DNA of 61,634 nt, counting the filler, from Choristocarpus tenellus KU-1152 (lineage: Eukaryota > Protista > Phaeophyceae), in the NCBI GenBank assembly GCA_964200185.2. It is 9 parts of 9 records of this genome, joined end to end, with 100 filler letters (N's around TTAATTAATTAA, not from the genome) between each part and the next. Parts side by side here need not be neighbours in the genome. Positions count along the whole stretch, not along the records: positions 28,791 to 39,562 come from CAXNAD020002719.1; positions 39,663 to 44,920 come from CAXNAD020011338.1; positions 45,021 to 47,680 come from CAXNAD020025880.1; positions 47,781 to 61,634 come from CAXNAD020001346.1; 5 more parts are not named here. The stretch is one strand, 5' to 3'. The notes under the pieces were generated by a model. That model did no database searches and was not told the DNA's origin. It worked only from the letters and a program-made list of their open reading frames with translations. This document shows, piece by piece, positions 38,872 through 51,929 of this stretch. Every line of letters starts with the position of its first letter. Position 1 is the first letter of the stretch. A program made the translations under genes and the position numbers.

Positions 38872-40515
38872 GTCTTTCTGTGCGACGGAGCTTGTGCAAG
38901 TCAAAGTGTTGCGCTTACTACTGACTGACGTATAAATTATAGAATGAAAATAGGACTCAAACTTCAATAAACTTACGACAGAAAAACAGCTCTATAGAGC
39001 CAGTGCTGACACGAACAGATATTCAGACAGACGACGGAGGAATAGACAGGAATTAGTTGATTCTACATAGCAAGTACATGAGATGACCAAATAGCAGGCT
39101 ATATTGACCTGGTGCTGATAAGTGTTTTTGGTCAGGATTTTGGTTTTGAACTATGTGTGGTAAGAACTGAGTTACACAGAAGCTGGTGCTGGAAAGCTTC
39201 ATGCTGTTAGGGATTTCTATTTTGGAACAAGTATGCATGAGCGTGGGTGGGACCCGTTAGTAGTATGGACACGGACAACCGATGGACAGACGGGAGTTTC
39301 TTCGGTTTTTATGGTACTCTAAGTGAGAGGGGACCTACAAGACGGGCCCAGTTGGGGGAATAACACTTTGAAGTATATACACTTTTAAGAATATAGACCT
39401 CTCCAGAAGTGGCCAATGAAGAACCAACATGCATGAGAGTCGAGCGTGTTAGGAGTGGCTTTGATGCGTGGGAAAGGCAGAGTCGATACTAGTGAAGTTA
39501 ATGATGAGAGGTACGTACCCTCTTGATCCAGTTCAGGGTAAAAGTATCTGGGGGGGTGTCGGNNNNNNNNNNNNNNNNNNNNNNNNNNNNNNNNNNNNNN
39601 NNNNNNTTAATTAATTAANNNNNNNNNNNNNNNNNNNNNNNNNNNNNNNNNNNNNNNNNNNNGGCGCTATGAGAGGCGTTTCGTCCTGGGCGTCGACGAG
39701 GACATCCTTGCCGAGGTCAAAGAGTGGGTTCGCGAACACACAGGAAGAAAGGGTGGGGAGGCTTTTTTCCATTCTAAACCCTATACAGTTCAATCAAGTA
39801 ATAGTGCATCTGTTGCCACTCTTGGTGACCTACAATCCAGGGTTCGAACCCCAATATGAACGCTCTTTCTTCAAAAACAAAAATGGCGAGAGAAAAGAAC
39901 GAAGCCCGTACTCTGGAGGGCCTTGTGACGGACATCACGAATATCCTTTTTATTTTCTAATCCAATGTCTACATCAAAAGTTATGACAGGACAACCCCAG
40001 AGGGTGAAGCTACTGGTACCACTGTAACAAATTGAAGAGTACTTCTAGTATTACCTCCTCCTAACCCACTACCACTCATTGTGCTTTTTGCAGCGTATCC
40101 TGCCCACTGCATCTCTCCGTGTAGATTGCCACTACTCCTAGCACCAGCACAAAGATATGAATGAATCTACTTCAAGCAAAAAATCTCATCTCATAGTGGA
40201 ATGAGACCATATTATCTTATTATCTATCTTATGTCTGCTGATGGATGCATCTTACACTGGTTTCCCTTGTAAAAAAATAAACATGAACTGAATTGTGGTC
40301 GCTTGCCATTCTCTCTTTCCACCTGAGTGCCCCACTATCCACGCCCTTGACCCTCTTCCATGCTACTGTAATAATGCAGAACCTTAGAGAGATGGTAACC
40401 CTTGTGAGGCAGAAAAATACTTACAAGAATCTTCTTCTCATGCCAGGCAGGCATATACATATATATCTACATCTACATACACATCTATATCTACATCTAT
40501 ATCGTCCCATGATAG

Positions 40516-43500
40516 TCCCAGGGGTTCTCAGGGCTCAGGAGGCGGGATGGATACCCTGGCACGAGCCCTTCGTATGGAAGCTCTAGCTGTGGCAGCCTCA
40601 GGTGACCTAGATGCTGCTATGAACTTCTTGAAAGGTGCCCTGAATGAACTTCCAGAAGGCATTGGCAGGGGAGTTGCATTGATTCATGCGTCACTGGGGG
40701 GGATGCTGCGTAAGAAAGGGTAAGCATTTGGTGGGAGAGAGGATTTGCATAGTGTGTCCCTCACCTCTTGTCTTGTCCTCAGCAAAATGTATGATCACCT
40801 TTCTGTCTTTCTTTCATTTACCTTCCACAACTCCCGCAAAAACCATCCTCATTCGCATTCTCTCCCCTCACCCACCCATAGACACACTCATATTCGAGGG
40901 TACAATGCACTCAGCCTGATCACAAGCCCTCGTGTTATTCTACAACTCTCCCCCCTATACTCCTGACTGTATCTCCATTATTGCTGAAGGTGTGAGGCCT
41001 ATTAATAGATAAAATAGAATATCCTCCCTTCTCCTCCCCCCACATCCTGTTGCCCCCCTCTCCCACAGTTTTCTTGCCCAGAAGTGATCCAAAGAATAGT
41101 GGCTCTGGGGATGATGCTGAAGCTGATCCAGTCCTGCTTGAGGTCATCATTGCATTGGCGACCATCCTAATGTCTAGGGAATGTAAAAAGGATGGGGCGG
41201 GAAAGGAGGCAGTGTCCTTGCTTGAGAGGGCTCTTGCGATTCTTCAGAGGGTGGCAGGACACGATACGGGGGTAGCATCCACAAACGTAAGAAGAAACTA
41301 AGGGAGTGGTGTCAGGAATGTTCATGGTGCATAGGGCTGAATATTGTAGTGGAGCTGGGTTTGCAAATACTTCCAGATGGCCCAAAGTGTCTGGGGGGGT
41401 GGGGGGGGTCTACACGAGGGTGTCTATTTGGACCAAAATCGGGAAAAGTGCATTTGCATTATCCATCCAACGTATGGCTGCCAAATCCCCAAAAAATCGT
41501 GATATGAAAAAATTGACCCCAAATGGACAGACGCCACCCCATCCCAGATACTTGGAGTCAGATTTATCTTTTTTTTAATTAAGTCTGGACCAAGTTTGCA
41601 ATAGTGGACCCATTTGTCTTGTCAATATTCATTAAAAAATGGCATTTCTCAGACGATGAATCTTGTTTTTTTATCCCCCACGGTATGCACTCATCAGCAT
41701 TTGTTTTGAGCTTGTTGAGAGAAGGTTAGTAGGAATGCTCGGGTCATTCGGATAGTACTTGCTGAGAAAGATTTGCCTTTGAGTTTATGATAAGAAAGCT
41801 ATTCGCATCTACAAGTAAAGGGCAGGCCGTGCTGTTATTATGTCTGGATCTGTCCTTCCTCATTTTGTGTGGGAGTGGAGCTGTGATGGGTGGAAAGTGG
41901 ATGATGCTAGGGATATGTATATGCTATGGTTTCACAGATATTTGTAGTAGTATTAAGGAAGGTACAATTGTATCTGGTCGTACAGTGATCAAATTCACTG
42001 TGAGCATCCAAATTGTGCGGGGGGGGGCAGTGACCTTTAGGTGAACAACAAGTTTCTGTTGCTGTTCATTTCTGAAGACAAATGGGGCACATGTTGGAGG
42101 TGATACAAGACAAAGCCATGGTGTAGGGTAGTGAACTCTAGTTTTGGCTTTCTCTGAAGTAGTTTGCAGCGTGTTGATGTGAGAATCTCTGGGTATCATT
42201 TTGAAATATATTCTAGTGCCTTAGTTGTGTTTTGGAAACTTTAAGAGGACGGAATTAATAGTTGGTGTGAGGTTTTACAAGTTTCAAAAGCTCCGATGGG
42301 ATGCCTTGAATCCTGTTTTTGGCACATGTGAACGGATGATATGTCCCCCATATAATGATGTTCCTATCCGTAGTCTGTGAAGAAAACACAAGGCTGGCAC
42401 TGTTGCACTTGAAGCATATTTATTGGCAGATCCCACAAAGCTGATATATGTTAGGTACTCTGAAATAATGCTACTCAAGTAGTAGTAGTTACCAAACAAA
42501 TGCTGCATTCCTTTTTTTCAAAGTATCCCCTGCTGTGATAAACAAGTCAGCCCTTTTAAGAAATAATAATATACTGTAAATTCTTGTGTGAACGTAGAAA
42601 CTGCTTCTCAATAGGAGATTGATAGTATTAATGGTTGATGTAGGCGAGAACAAGAGTGCTTGGCAGGACCAGTTGTCAGAGGGGGTCAAAACAGGTTGGT
42701 TCAGGACACCAGTTCAAGAGTGTTACAGGAATACTCCTACTGCTACTGGTGGGGTTGGTGATTTGTTGCAAGGGTGCCACACACACACATGAATGGCAAG
42801 TTTTACAACAATGTATGAATCGAAGGGAACCTATGATTTCATCAACAAGACCTTCCTGTGGTACTATGGCAGGACTACATCAGGAGATCACTGACCAGGA
42901 CATTGGACACACTTTCTCGGGCTCATGCACTACAGGGTCAATGGGAGCAGGCCAGGTGTGGTGTATGTTTTGCCTGGTGTCTTTGTTTTAATATCTTTGT
43001 TTTAGCGCATCCCTTTGATCGCATGGACAAGACCACAAAGTAGGTATGGCACTCAGGTTTCCTATTTGTTTGCGTAACTTGGAGCACTGCAAACATCCAA
43101 AGCATACCAATCAGCATTTTGTAGCTTCAATACTGGCCTTACCTACCCCCCCGCCAACCCCTCCATGTGAAAAAGGTCTCGAGGGGAGCAGTCGTTGTCA
43201 GTTACACGGAGTCTTGGTGTCAAAAGGTAAGGTGGAGGTGGCCGCTATCTTGCTTTCGCTTGGACACATTAACATTCGACTGCTTGGAGTGGATGCAGGC
43301 ATAGAAAGGGCAAGGTCTGTGGAGCTGGGAGGGGAGGAGGATGAGGGGTAGGAAAAGATTGCTGTGGGTCCACCTGGCATGTTTTTCCTCCATATGTTTA
43401 TGTTCTAGCAGCTTGCTCTTCTTAGAATTCGTTTTTTTTTTTTTGACATGATGTATTAATGCCATTTTATCAAGAGCTATCCCTCACATACTCCCCTGCC

Positions 43501-43809
43501 TCACTCTACCAAGAATCCCTCCATTCTTTGTTCTGTTTCCATAACTTGACTCGTTCCCTGTAACTGCTGGCATTTGCAAAATTGTTTTGAATTGATTACA
43601 TTATTGAAAATGATAAGGTATCAGTGGGAGGAGGCTATTGCCTGTCTTGATGGCAGTGGTAAACCCCTTGATGCAGTGGACACAAGAGTGAGAGTGGCCG
43701 GTTTCTACACAAGTGAAATGAGGTCTGACTCCAAGCACTTTCAGGCAAGCATAATGATGCTCTTGGATACCTTCGATTGTGATGATGGGACAGGCAGTGT
43801 TCTCAGCTG
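40516..43809 (+). CDS. Multi-exon TPR-like helical-repeat gene, incomplete and possibly pseudogenised (candidate exons 40516-40719, 41082-41286, 42850-42955, ~43180-43348, 43618-43809)
   Basis: GT-AG-bounded open segments encode ALAVAASGDLDAAMNFLKGAL...ALIHASLGGML, EAVSLLERALAILQRVAG, TLDTLSRAHALQGQWEQAR and YQWEEAIACL, typical of TPR helices. The first two exons are phase-compatible, but the later chain is not fully resolved. Confidence 0.55.
41379..41559 (+). mobile_element. MITE family B in an intron of the TPR-like gene
   Basis: TIRs GGCCCAAAGTGTCTGGG / CCCAGATACTTGGAGTC with a perfect TSD AGAT. Confidence 0.9.
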
Positions 43810-46800
43810 GTAGGGTGATGATGATCATGTTGCCGTTTTTTTGTGTTACTCCATTGCCCACAGTGCAAAGGTTCTCCGCTGTTTTATTAATTGTTTCAAG
43901 TTTGTCTCTATCACTAGCTTCCTGTAATCTCCATGGGCATACCCATGTTTATTGCAGTATTCACCAGTTGTGAGCCACAGCCCCAATCTCTCCCTCTCTC
44001 ATTCAGAGCACAAGTTACACAATGTTGTAGCGACTTATAACTGAGAAGAAGGGGTGACGTCTTGATACAGGAAAGTTGTCCGCATCTTTGGGACTTTGCA
44101 CCATGGTCTGATCTACTTTGAAAGCGTAATGTACATGTGCTTGTGGCAAACCTTTTATGATGCTGACGCTTGAAGGTGTTCGAGAATTACTTGCAGTTTT
44201 TTGGACTAGAAGGAAGTACATCGATCACCCCCTCCCCTCACCCCCTGTCCACCCAACTGTTGTTGGCATGCACAGCCTTTTCTTTCTCTTTGCCTTGACC
44301 CCATTGACTATAATCCCAATCCCAGAAGTGTCGCTGTCGACTTACCAATACCACACACACACACGCACCCCCCCCCCCCCCCCCCCCCCCCCCCAGAAGG
44401 GTCCCGGTCGTCTTCCCAAAACCACACCCCCCCCCCCCCCCCCCCCCCCCCCCTCCCACACAACACTCCTCAGGGACTACTACAGGGAAAGATTGCATCC
44501 AACCTCCTATAGGCAGCTCGACGTTATGGTATCCAGAGAGACAAGACTCAGGAGCCCAACAATGGAGTAGATGAGAGAGGTTTAGAAGGACTCCAGACAC
44601 ACAAAGTGATGTGGGCTCTGAGAAGGTGAATGGAGTGAGGTGGTGCTTCCTATTTCCTCCACGCAAGCTTGAAAACTCGTTTTTGATGTTTTGGGTGTAA
44701 GGTGGTTTTCAATGGTTGAACCTGTTGTGACAACAGCTCAACTTCTATTTTGACAGTCGTACACGGTTGAAGTTTCCCTCCCCCCCCCCTTCGCCATTTT
44801 GCATTGAACGTTATCTCCAGGTTTGCATTTCTTGATTCTTTACTTCCAGGAGCTGGTGAGGAAGGAGGCCATTACATGGGAAGGGTATGCAGGGGCAGTG
44901 ACCCAAAGTATCTGGGAGGGNNNNNNNNNNNNNNNNNNNNNNNNNNNNNNNNNNNNNNNNNNNNTTAATTAATTAANNNNNNNNNNNNNNNNNNNNNNNN
45001 NNNNNNNNNNNNNNNNNNNNGTGTTATGGTGGGGGGGTTAGAAAAGGTGCCTTTGTCTTTTTTTGGCCCCAAGCGGCCCCCTTGGGCAACCCCCCCCCCC
45101 CCCCCCCCCCAGATACTTTGGGTCATCCATGTCGGACATTGCAGTTTATCCTCATACGCGATCTCTGACCGTGCCCTCTTGCGAGCACTTCTCCCACCTC
45201 TGAGGGAGGGTACCCCATCACCCTGCTGTTGTTACGTCTTGATCGCCATCTTGAGGAGCTTGTCATGCTGAACTGCTGGTCGGTCTCATAATAGGTAGAG
45301 GTCTATTTTCCGATTTGGAGGCTGTGTTTCTCGACAAGGCATTTAGTCCTCACCTTGAAATGCCTTCCAACACGCCTATGAAGGAAGTTACGAACTCGTG
45401 ACCTTTCCTTGGTGATTGGTGAAACGTTTATAGCCAATACCTCCACTTCACCATCTAATTCCTCATTGTCCCCTGTGTCGCCTTCTTCTATATCATTCAC
45501 CTCTTTGTCGGTGTCGCCTTTGCTTTTGTAGCCAAGTACTCCTCCGCTGTGCTCGCTCAACCCTCAGCTGCCATGATGACAACCAGAAGTGTAAGTGAAT
45601 GGAAGAAGTATTGACATACACACAGAAGTGGTTACATGGTTCCTAATTTTCCAACCCTCTCGAACACACGTTGTCTCCATTAACACCACCTAGTCAAAAT
45701 GTCGTTGCGACACATTTACATTTCAACCTATGTAAACTGGCAGACTGTAATATCCTACCCCTGGTGAATCTTCATCAATTACACCCACACGAAAGAACCT
45801 CAGGTACTGTCCATTCCATCTGCACGTTGTTAGGTTCTTAGTTCCTCCACAACAGATTTTTTTTCAAAAGCATGAAAAGGTTCAATTTTCTGCCCATTTC
45901 GCTAAACTTCATCGTACCAATTATCAAACCACTCCTTAATTTTTCTGAGACCCACCACTAACCCATACGTTCTATTTTAACACCATTCAGAACACGAAGT
46001 TAAAATGAGTAGGCGTAACAATCAGTCTCAGAAGTTTATTTATTGGTACTCTACACACAATCACTGTAGCAAGCGTGACAGGTTGTAATGATCTCTAGCA
46101 AATCTCAAGAGAATATTCTTCGAGACATTATTTCAATGGTAATGATGGATACATTCGCTAAAAAAAAATAGCCAAAGTGATGGAGGGATGAGATTTTGTT
46201 GTAGATATAGTTGTCAATACTTCATAGCAAGTTGTGTTCACCATCATATTGTGTGCCAAAATGCGAGGAGGGGGCAAGACTTTGGTCACTTTTGTTGTTG
46301 ACGGTCTTAACAAATGTAATACCCGACACACCATTTTCATGGTCCAAATTCAGCTAACCCTCATCAGGAGTCTGTGGATATAGAAGAAAACATCCTGTGA
46401 ATGAATGTTTTGTCATTGGATTGGAGGATGCAGGGGCGTAGACACGCAAATCAGAAAATAGAAAGCAGTCACAGGGAGACCCCTTCTCAACAACTGCACC
46501 CCCCTACGTAGGATACTTTGGCTCTTGTCTCAGCTACAGTATGGACGGCATCTTCGCTTTTGACCCACGCTACGGTTGTGCTTGACAGATTGCTGGCTTT
46601 GACATCTCCAACAGGACCAACTCTTCACATTGAACTTAATCGTTGCCATCTCCCACTCTGGGTCGTCCTGTGGGAGGATAACACTTGAGTGAGTGTACAA
46701 ACCTTGTCTATGGTTGTGTATGGTGTTAATAGTGACTTCTCCTTTTTGCTCAATTTTAGAAGAAAAAGAGAGCAGAAATTGTGTAGCTCAGACTACTTCC

Positions 46801-47391
46801 GGGGCTGTGGAAGTAGTGCAGCCTAAGTCCATCTACTCCTTCCCGTTTTTGCTTTTGTTTTTGCTCGCAGTCCCTCCGCATCCTTCCTTCCTTTGTTCCT
46901 ACTTTGTACTCCTGGCTCATGTCAGTTTGCTCTTGAGACTGGACCTGAACTCAGAGACCTCATGTGCCAATTCAGTCCAAACGGCCTGGGTTCAAGCCCG
47001 GGCCTTAGGCTGAATCAGGGGTGGTACTTTATTGGTTGAAACATATCGTGCGTCTGTTGTTAATCCTGAACCTTGACCAGACAGCATAACAAACCTATGC
47101 CCCAATTCTCAAACATCAAGACGGGACCTAGCCTATGACGGTTGCTGAACTTGGCCTAGGTCGTTGGCCTTCACTAGCCTGCCTGGCCTTGACCATGTTG
47201 AATAGAGTAAGTAATCTGTCCCATTACTGAAATACATGTGGAAGAAAGAGAGTGAATTTTATCAACAAGATGGGGGACTTTGCCCCACCAATCACCTATC
47301 TAATGAGTACTACCATTCTACAGTCACACCACTATCCCGACGTTCACCAACAAGAGCACTCCTTTATCACACCTGACTCAATGTCCTTATA

Positions 47392-47610
47392 GAGTCAAAG
47401 TAAGCGAGAGGTACCTGGGGTTACATTTGTGAGATGCTGACAAAGATGTTCACGGAATTTTCAATATTCTGTCGAAAAATTTCTAAGCAACAGAGAAATC
47501 AACACTCTCAAATCAATTTAGTACTTCATTTATAGAAATTTGAGAGAGTTGGGGAAGATGTAAATAATGCTAAAAATGCAAAATGACCCAAATCTGGATA
47601 CATATCGTTT
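47392..47610 (+). mobile_element. MITE family D, 3' end interrupted by an LTR-like insertion
   Basis: 5' TIR GAGTCAAAGTAAGCGAGAGGTACC and internal similarity to 15979-16237. Confidence 0.8.
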
Positions 47611-47680
47611 TGTTACAGGCGCCCCTCAATGCTCACCTTCCAGGATGTACAACTCAAATCCAACGACCTCAAAACGACGC
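47611..47680. mobile_element. Start of a second copy of the TGTTACAG LTR-like element
   Basis: TGTTACAG...CTCACCTTC...AACTCAAATCCAACGACCT.AAAACGACGC matches 16590-16663. Confidence 0.75.
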
Positions 47681-47780
47681 NNNNNNNNNNNNNNNNNNNN
47701 NNNNNNNNNNNNNNNNNNNNNNNNTTAATTAATTAANNNNNNNNNNNNNNNNNNNNNNNNNNNNNNNNNNNNNNNNNNNN

Positions 47781-47922
47781 GTGTCCATTTGTTCCATAAC
47801 CAGGAAAAGTGCATTTACATTATCCATCCGACGTATGCAACCAAATCACCCAAAAATCGCGACATGAAAAAATTGACCCCAAATGGACAGCCGCCACCCC
47901 CCCCCCCCAGATACTTTGGGTC
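47781..47922 (+). mobile_element. MITE family B truncated at contig start
   Basis: Conserved internal sequence and CCCCAGATACTTTGGGTC end. Confidence 0.85.
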
Positions 47923-48861
47923 TCTGCACACACACACCTCACAGTAGCGAGGACTGGCAGCATTTCCAAAGCAGGAGAGCACTTTTACACTACTTTAGGA
48001 AACTCACACTACATTGCCCATACTTTGACCACGACACAATTGTCTGCTGTTCTCATGCTACAGCATTCCAATTGGCATTTATTTCGATCAAGGCGAAAAA
48101 GGAGAAACGCTTTTCTCAAACAACCGTTATTGTATCCTGATGACAAAAGGAATTTAAGGACAGCGAGATAACAGAACACCTTCTATCCACCTTTGAAGAC
48201 CAAGATCAGGTGTCAGAAACGTAGGGTATATTTATCAAGAGTCTCATCTAACCTGTTGGGAAAAGTTAACCCACAGCCTACCCCAGTCACCCATGACATT
48301 AGGGTGGCCATGCAAAACGTCATGAAACCAACAACCTACCCTCCAAAACGCATTCCCATGCACTCGGCCGTGCTTCTCCTGCATTGGTCAATCTTCAGAC
48401 CTCCAAGAAACGACTTGACAGCAAACTTTGAACCTTGAATTGTCATCTCAACGACAACACTGGCAACTGACGCTTGTCAATGATGCCACCCCCCACATGT
48501 ATGCCCTCGAGGAATCAAACACCAGAAACACACCCTACTGTTGCCGGAACCCTCATTGCAAGTAATGGAATCTATACCATGACTGGGTCTGTTGCTGTCA
48601 TTTCATTACGTGACCTGGCGGGAGCACTGGAATGAGTTCCAATGAAGAGAAAGCAAAGCCAAGATAGATGAGGCATGTACCAGAACCCACAGTAGAAGCT
48701 GATGGGGTCCCGAGGAAACTAATCCTCGTAGTAGTTTTGGGAGGAAAGTCAACTCTTGCTAGATAGTCGATGGGGTTGTAAACGGACCAAGCCTAGGTCA
48801 TTTCCTGTACCACTTGCACCTTAAGCGTGGTTTATTCCTCAAAATATTGAACGCAAACAGG

Positions 48862-49119
48862 GAGTCAAAGTATCTTAGAGGCTAGAGGTGCGTCCACTTG
48901 GAGGCCAAAATCCAATGTTGCAATTTTTTCCTAATTTTGGCTATCGTGTTTGTTAGGAAGTGTCAATAGCTTTGTTCCTGACACACTATTTTATAATGTA
49001 TATATTTTACTTACTCCGAAATTTTTCTGAGTAGAAATATGTCACAAAAAACCTGTTGGAAGCCAAGCCCCAAACGGACAAATGGGGCAAACCTTGTACC
49101 CTCTAAGATACTTTCACTC
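48862..49119 (-). mobile_element. MITE family A
   Basis: Both TIRs present. Flanks cagg/gtgc do not form a TSD. Confidence 0.88.
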
Positions 49120-50599
49120 GTGCTTCACGACTGGTTTTCCTATATGGTGCAGTACACACAACATTATGATTAACATATACTTCAGCATGGTCCGCCAGTG
49201 CCTTGTTGTGCAATGCCCCTCGTACTTTGTACCTCAAGTTATCCTCTAAATGTATTCATGCCAAGAACAAAGTTAATCCTACTCCTTCCACATTTACTCG
49301 AGACACTGCTAGGGACATACCATATATTTCGCATCATTTTTGTGTGCCCATATTGCGCAGCAGAAATTCCGCACTAAACCCATTACACCATGTGTGATCA
49401 ACCTGTGTTCCACGGACGGCAGTTCCTTGACTGTTGCGGGTTTGTAATTTTTTCTTTCAATTAGTTGTATCACTATTGCAGTTGAGGCATCAGGATACAT
49501 GGATTCGCTTGGTCCAGGTAGTCCGTAAGCCCACGGGTGATTTTCCTCCGACATGGGGCCCAACAATGTGTAGCCGATGAGGGTTGTGAACAAAGGTGGG
49601 CCGATGCCTGTTAGGGCAAATCCCACAGGTACAACCCTGACAGTCAAAACATGCTGGCTGGTTTTGTGAGATTGCTAGTGATACTGCAGATGCTCGTCAG
49701 TTGGGGGGACTTGCTCGTAGATGGAGGGCTGTTACTCCTGATACCTATATGGAGTATGACAGGGATGCCTTTTAAGGTGGCAAGGGATGCCACCCTGCCA
49801 CCAAGGGCAATAATTCCAGCAACATGACAAGGAGCCACAGTGGTTGTTGGTGTAGTCAAGGACGACTGCATCTGGTCTTTCCTGGGGGCACTTGTGACTG
49901 AATATAGTCATGTGCATAGGGGATGAGCGACTTCCTAAGTATTGTGACAAGTTCAATCTAACCAGGGTGAGCATAAGCATGTGGACGGACCTCCCAAAGG
50001 AGAAAGGTTGAAATTCGATACAGCACATAGTGTACAATACTTAAGTTGCGAATGTATTGAAATATTTATTCTGTTGACACTTCTGGCATATAACAATCTG
50101 ATGAACATACCCTAAGATACTCACGACATTTCTTATTACAATTGAGATATCTCATGCCCCCCAATTGTAGTTACAGCCAGTTAAACACCAAGCTTGAAAG
50201 AACCCTTTTATTTTTCATAACTACAGCCTGTCAACCACCCCTCTCTGTTGGTTGCAGGTGTCGCCTCTTCACTTACATGCCGCCATCAAGCCTTGCAACC
50301 AACCTTCAGGCTTAAGGATTGGAACCACATATCCCATCAATATAGGCCACTGGGTGCATTGAAATACTATGTCTGGAATATGGAAGCGAGGTGTATAGGA
50401 GAAAATTTGATGTCCATATGGACACGCCTCCAAGACAACATTGAAAAATTTGGGATTGCAGTTGAGGGTTGGATCACCAGGCCCACTAACCCAACAGAAG
50501 TGGTATGAGCGTGGCACAACAAACTTAATGACAGAGTGGAATTCCAAGGGAGCTGTGGTAGCTAATGTGTGTCATACTAAAGCAGCAGGTAAGGTTGTT

Positions 50600-51120
50600 A
50601 AAGTATAGGCTACTCATCCTTATGCCCTCGATACCGTACAGTATTATCAGTTCATATGGACTGTTGATTTGCACATCAGTACCTCATTATAGCATCATCA
50701 ATTATTCCTAGAATATCATGATGCATAGCAAGCATGGAACGGTCGACATCTAACAAACATAAAAGCATAGTGTGTGTCACATGAGTTATCCCAGACATTG
50801 ATTCAAGTTTTTATTAAAAACAAGAGATGTGTGCTGTCCACTGTCGGTTTGAACAGTGCACGATGGAACCTGGTGAGGATCCTGACCAGTCGCTTCTTCG
50901 ACTCTACCAGGCCAAGGCTGGACTTGGAAGGATTTGGTGAGACCATCAGCGATTTCTGTGTGCAGGCACCCCTCCTCTCTGGACAATGTTCTTCGGAGCC
51001 AATTACGCCGCCACTCTGCCAAAGCCAGCCCGTGACACCACCGCCACCAGCCTGGTCATCATCCGCGTCAATGTCCCCATCACCACATAACCCCCACTCC
51101 ATCATCTCCACCTAATACAC
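50600..51120 (+). mobile_element. Internally deleted copy of the Copia-like gag element
   Basis: Upstream block matching 25480-25720 is fused directly to the gag 3' part (LNSARMEPGEDPDQ...GFGETISDF). Confidence 0.7.
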
Positions 51121-51132
51121 CCCCAACAGCCA

Positions 51133-51360
51133 CCATACCTTAAGCCTCTCCTCAGAGCGCCACAACCATACCTTTAGACTCTACTCAGAGCAACTCAACC
51201 ATATCTTAAGACTCTACTCAGAGTACCACAAACATACCTTAAGCCTCTACTCAGAGCAACCCAACCATACCTTAAGACTCTCAGAGTGCCACAACCATAC
51301 TCTAAGCCTCTACTCAGAGCAACTCAACCATTTCCTTAAGTCTCTACTCAGAGTAACCCA
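51133..51360 (+). repeat. 33-bp minisatellite x7
   Basis: Consensus CCATACCTTAAGMCTCTACTCAGAGYRMYMCAA. Confidence 0.92.
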
Positions 51361-51929
51361 TTCATTGCCCCAACCTTTGGACTCAATCCAGAGGTTCCTT
51401 ACCTACAACCCTCTTCTTTGAGCACCTTCCCCATTCCCTTCATGTATCCACCAGCATTTACACCACTCCTTGCATTGTATACACAACCATGCCGCCACAC
51501 CTGATCACCCCTACATCACCCAAGCCATCAAGACCACCCCCATCACTGTCTGCTGAATGCTATTATCTCATCGTGTTCTCGTTCAGGATTGATTTTCTGC
51601 CATCGATTGATTGTTCTCATGCCTCAGGCATAAAGATGGCAACCACACACATCAAGGTAGTGGCTTCATATCCCTCCGGCACCAGGCTTTCTCTTCACGG
51701 AGATCTGGTTTCAATTACGCCATTCCAAGCGGCAAGATCAATGGATTGTACACTGTACTATCCTGCATGTGGCTATACCACAAACGCTGGACCATTGTCA
51801 AGGTGGAAACTTCAGGGTGGATCCAACGGAAGATATGAGGGAGATGTAGCCACAAGTGGAGGGAGTACTGTACCCAACGCGCAAGAAGCAAGGCAGGAAC
51901 AGAAGGGGCCAAGCTAGTCGTAGGGCAAC

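Noticed and set aside
39663-39753. GC-rich coding-like stretch RYERRFVLGVDEDILAEVKEWVREHTGRK
   Set aside because: Too short and cut by a contig start; cannot be assigned.
39800-39860. GGGTTCGAACCCC B-box suggesting a second tRNA
   Set aside because: No acceptor or anticodon stems can be folded; at best a tRNA-derived SINE relic.
44366-44453. Long poly-C tracts giving polyproline ORFs
   Set aside because: Intronic homopolymers of unreliable length with no coding support.
2863-47780. Regularly recurring TTAATTAATTAA palindrome
   Set aside because: Always embedded in N padding; an artificial six-frame-stop linker, not biology.
49200-49900. WWQGGIPCH (SWIM-like) and IHLEDNL motifs suggesting a MULE transposase
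   Set aside because: Motifs are incomplete and in the wrong order for a MULE.
51133-51360. CRISPR-like array
   Set aside because: Units are contiguous with no unique spacers, there are no cas genes, and the context is eukaryotic; it is a minisatellite.
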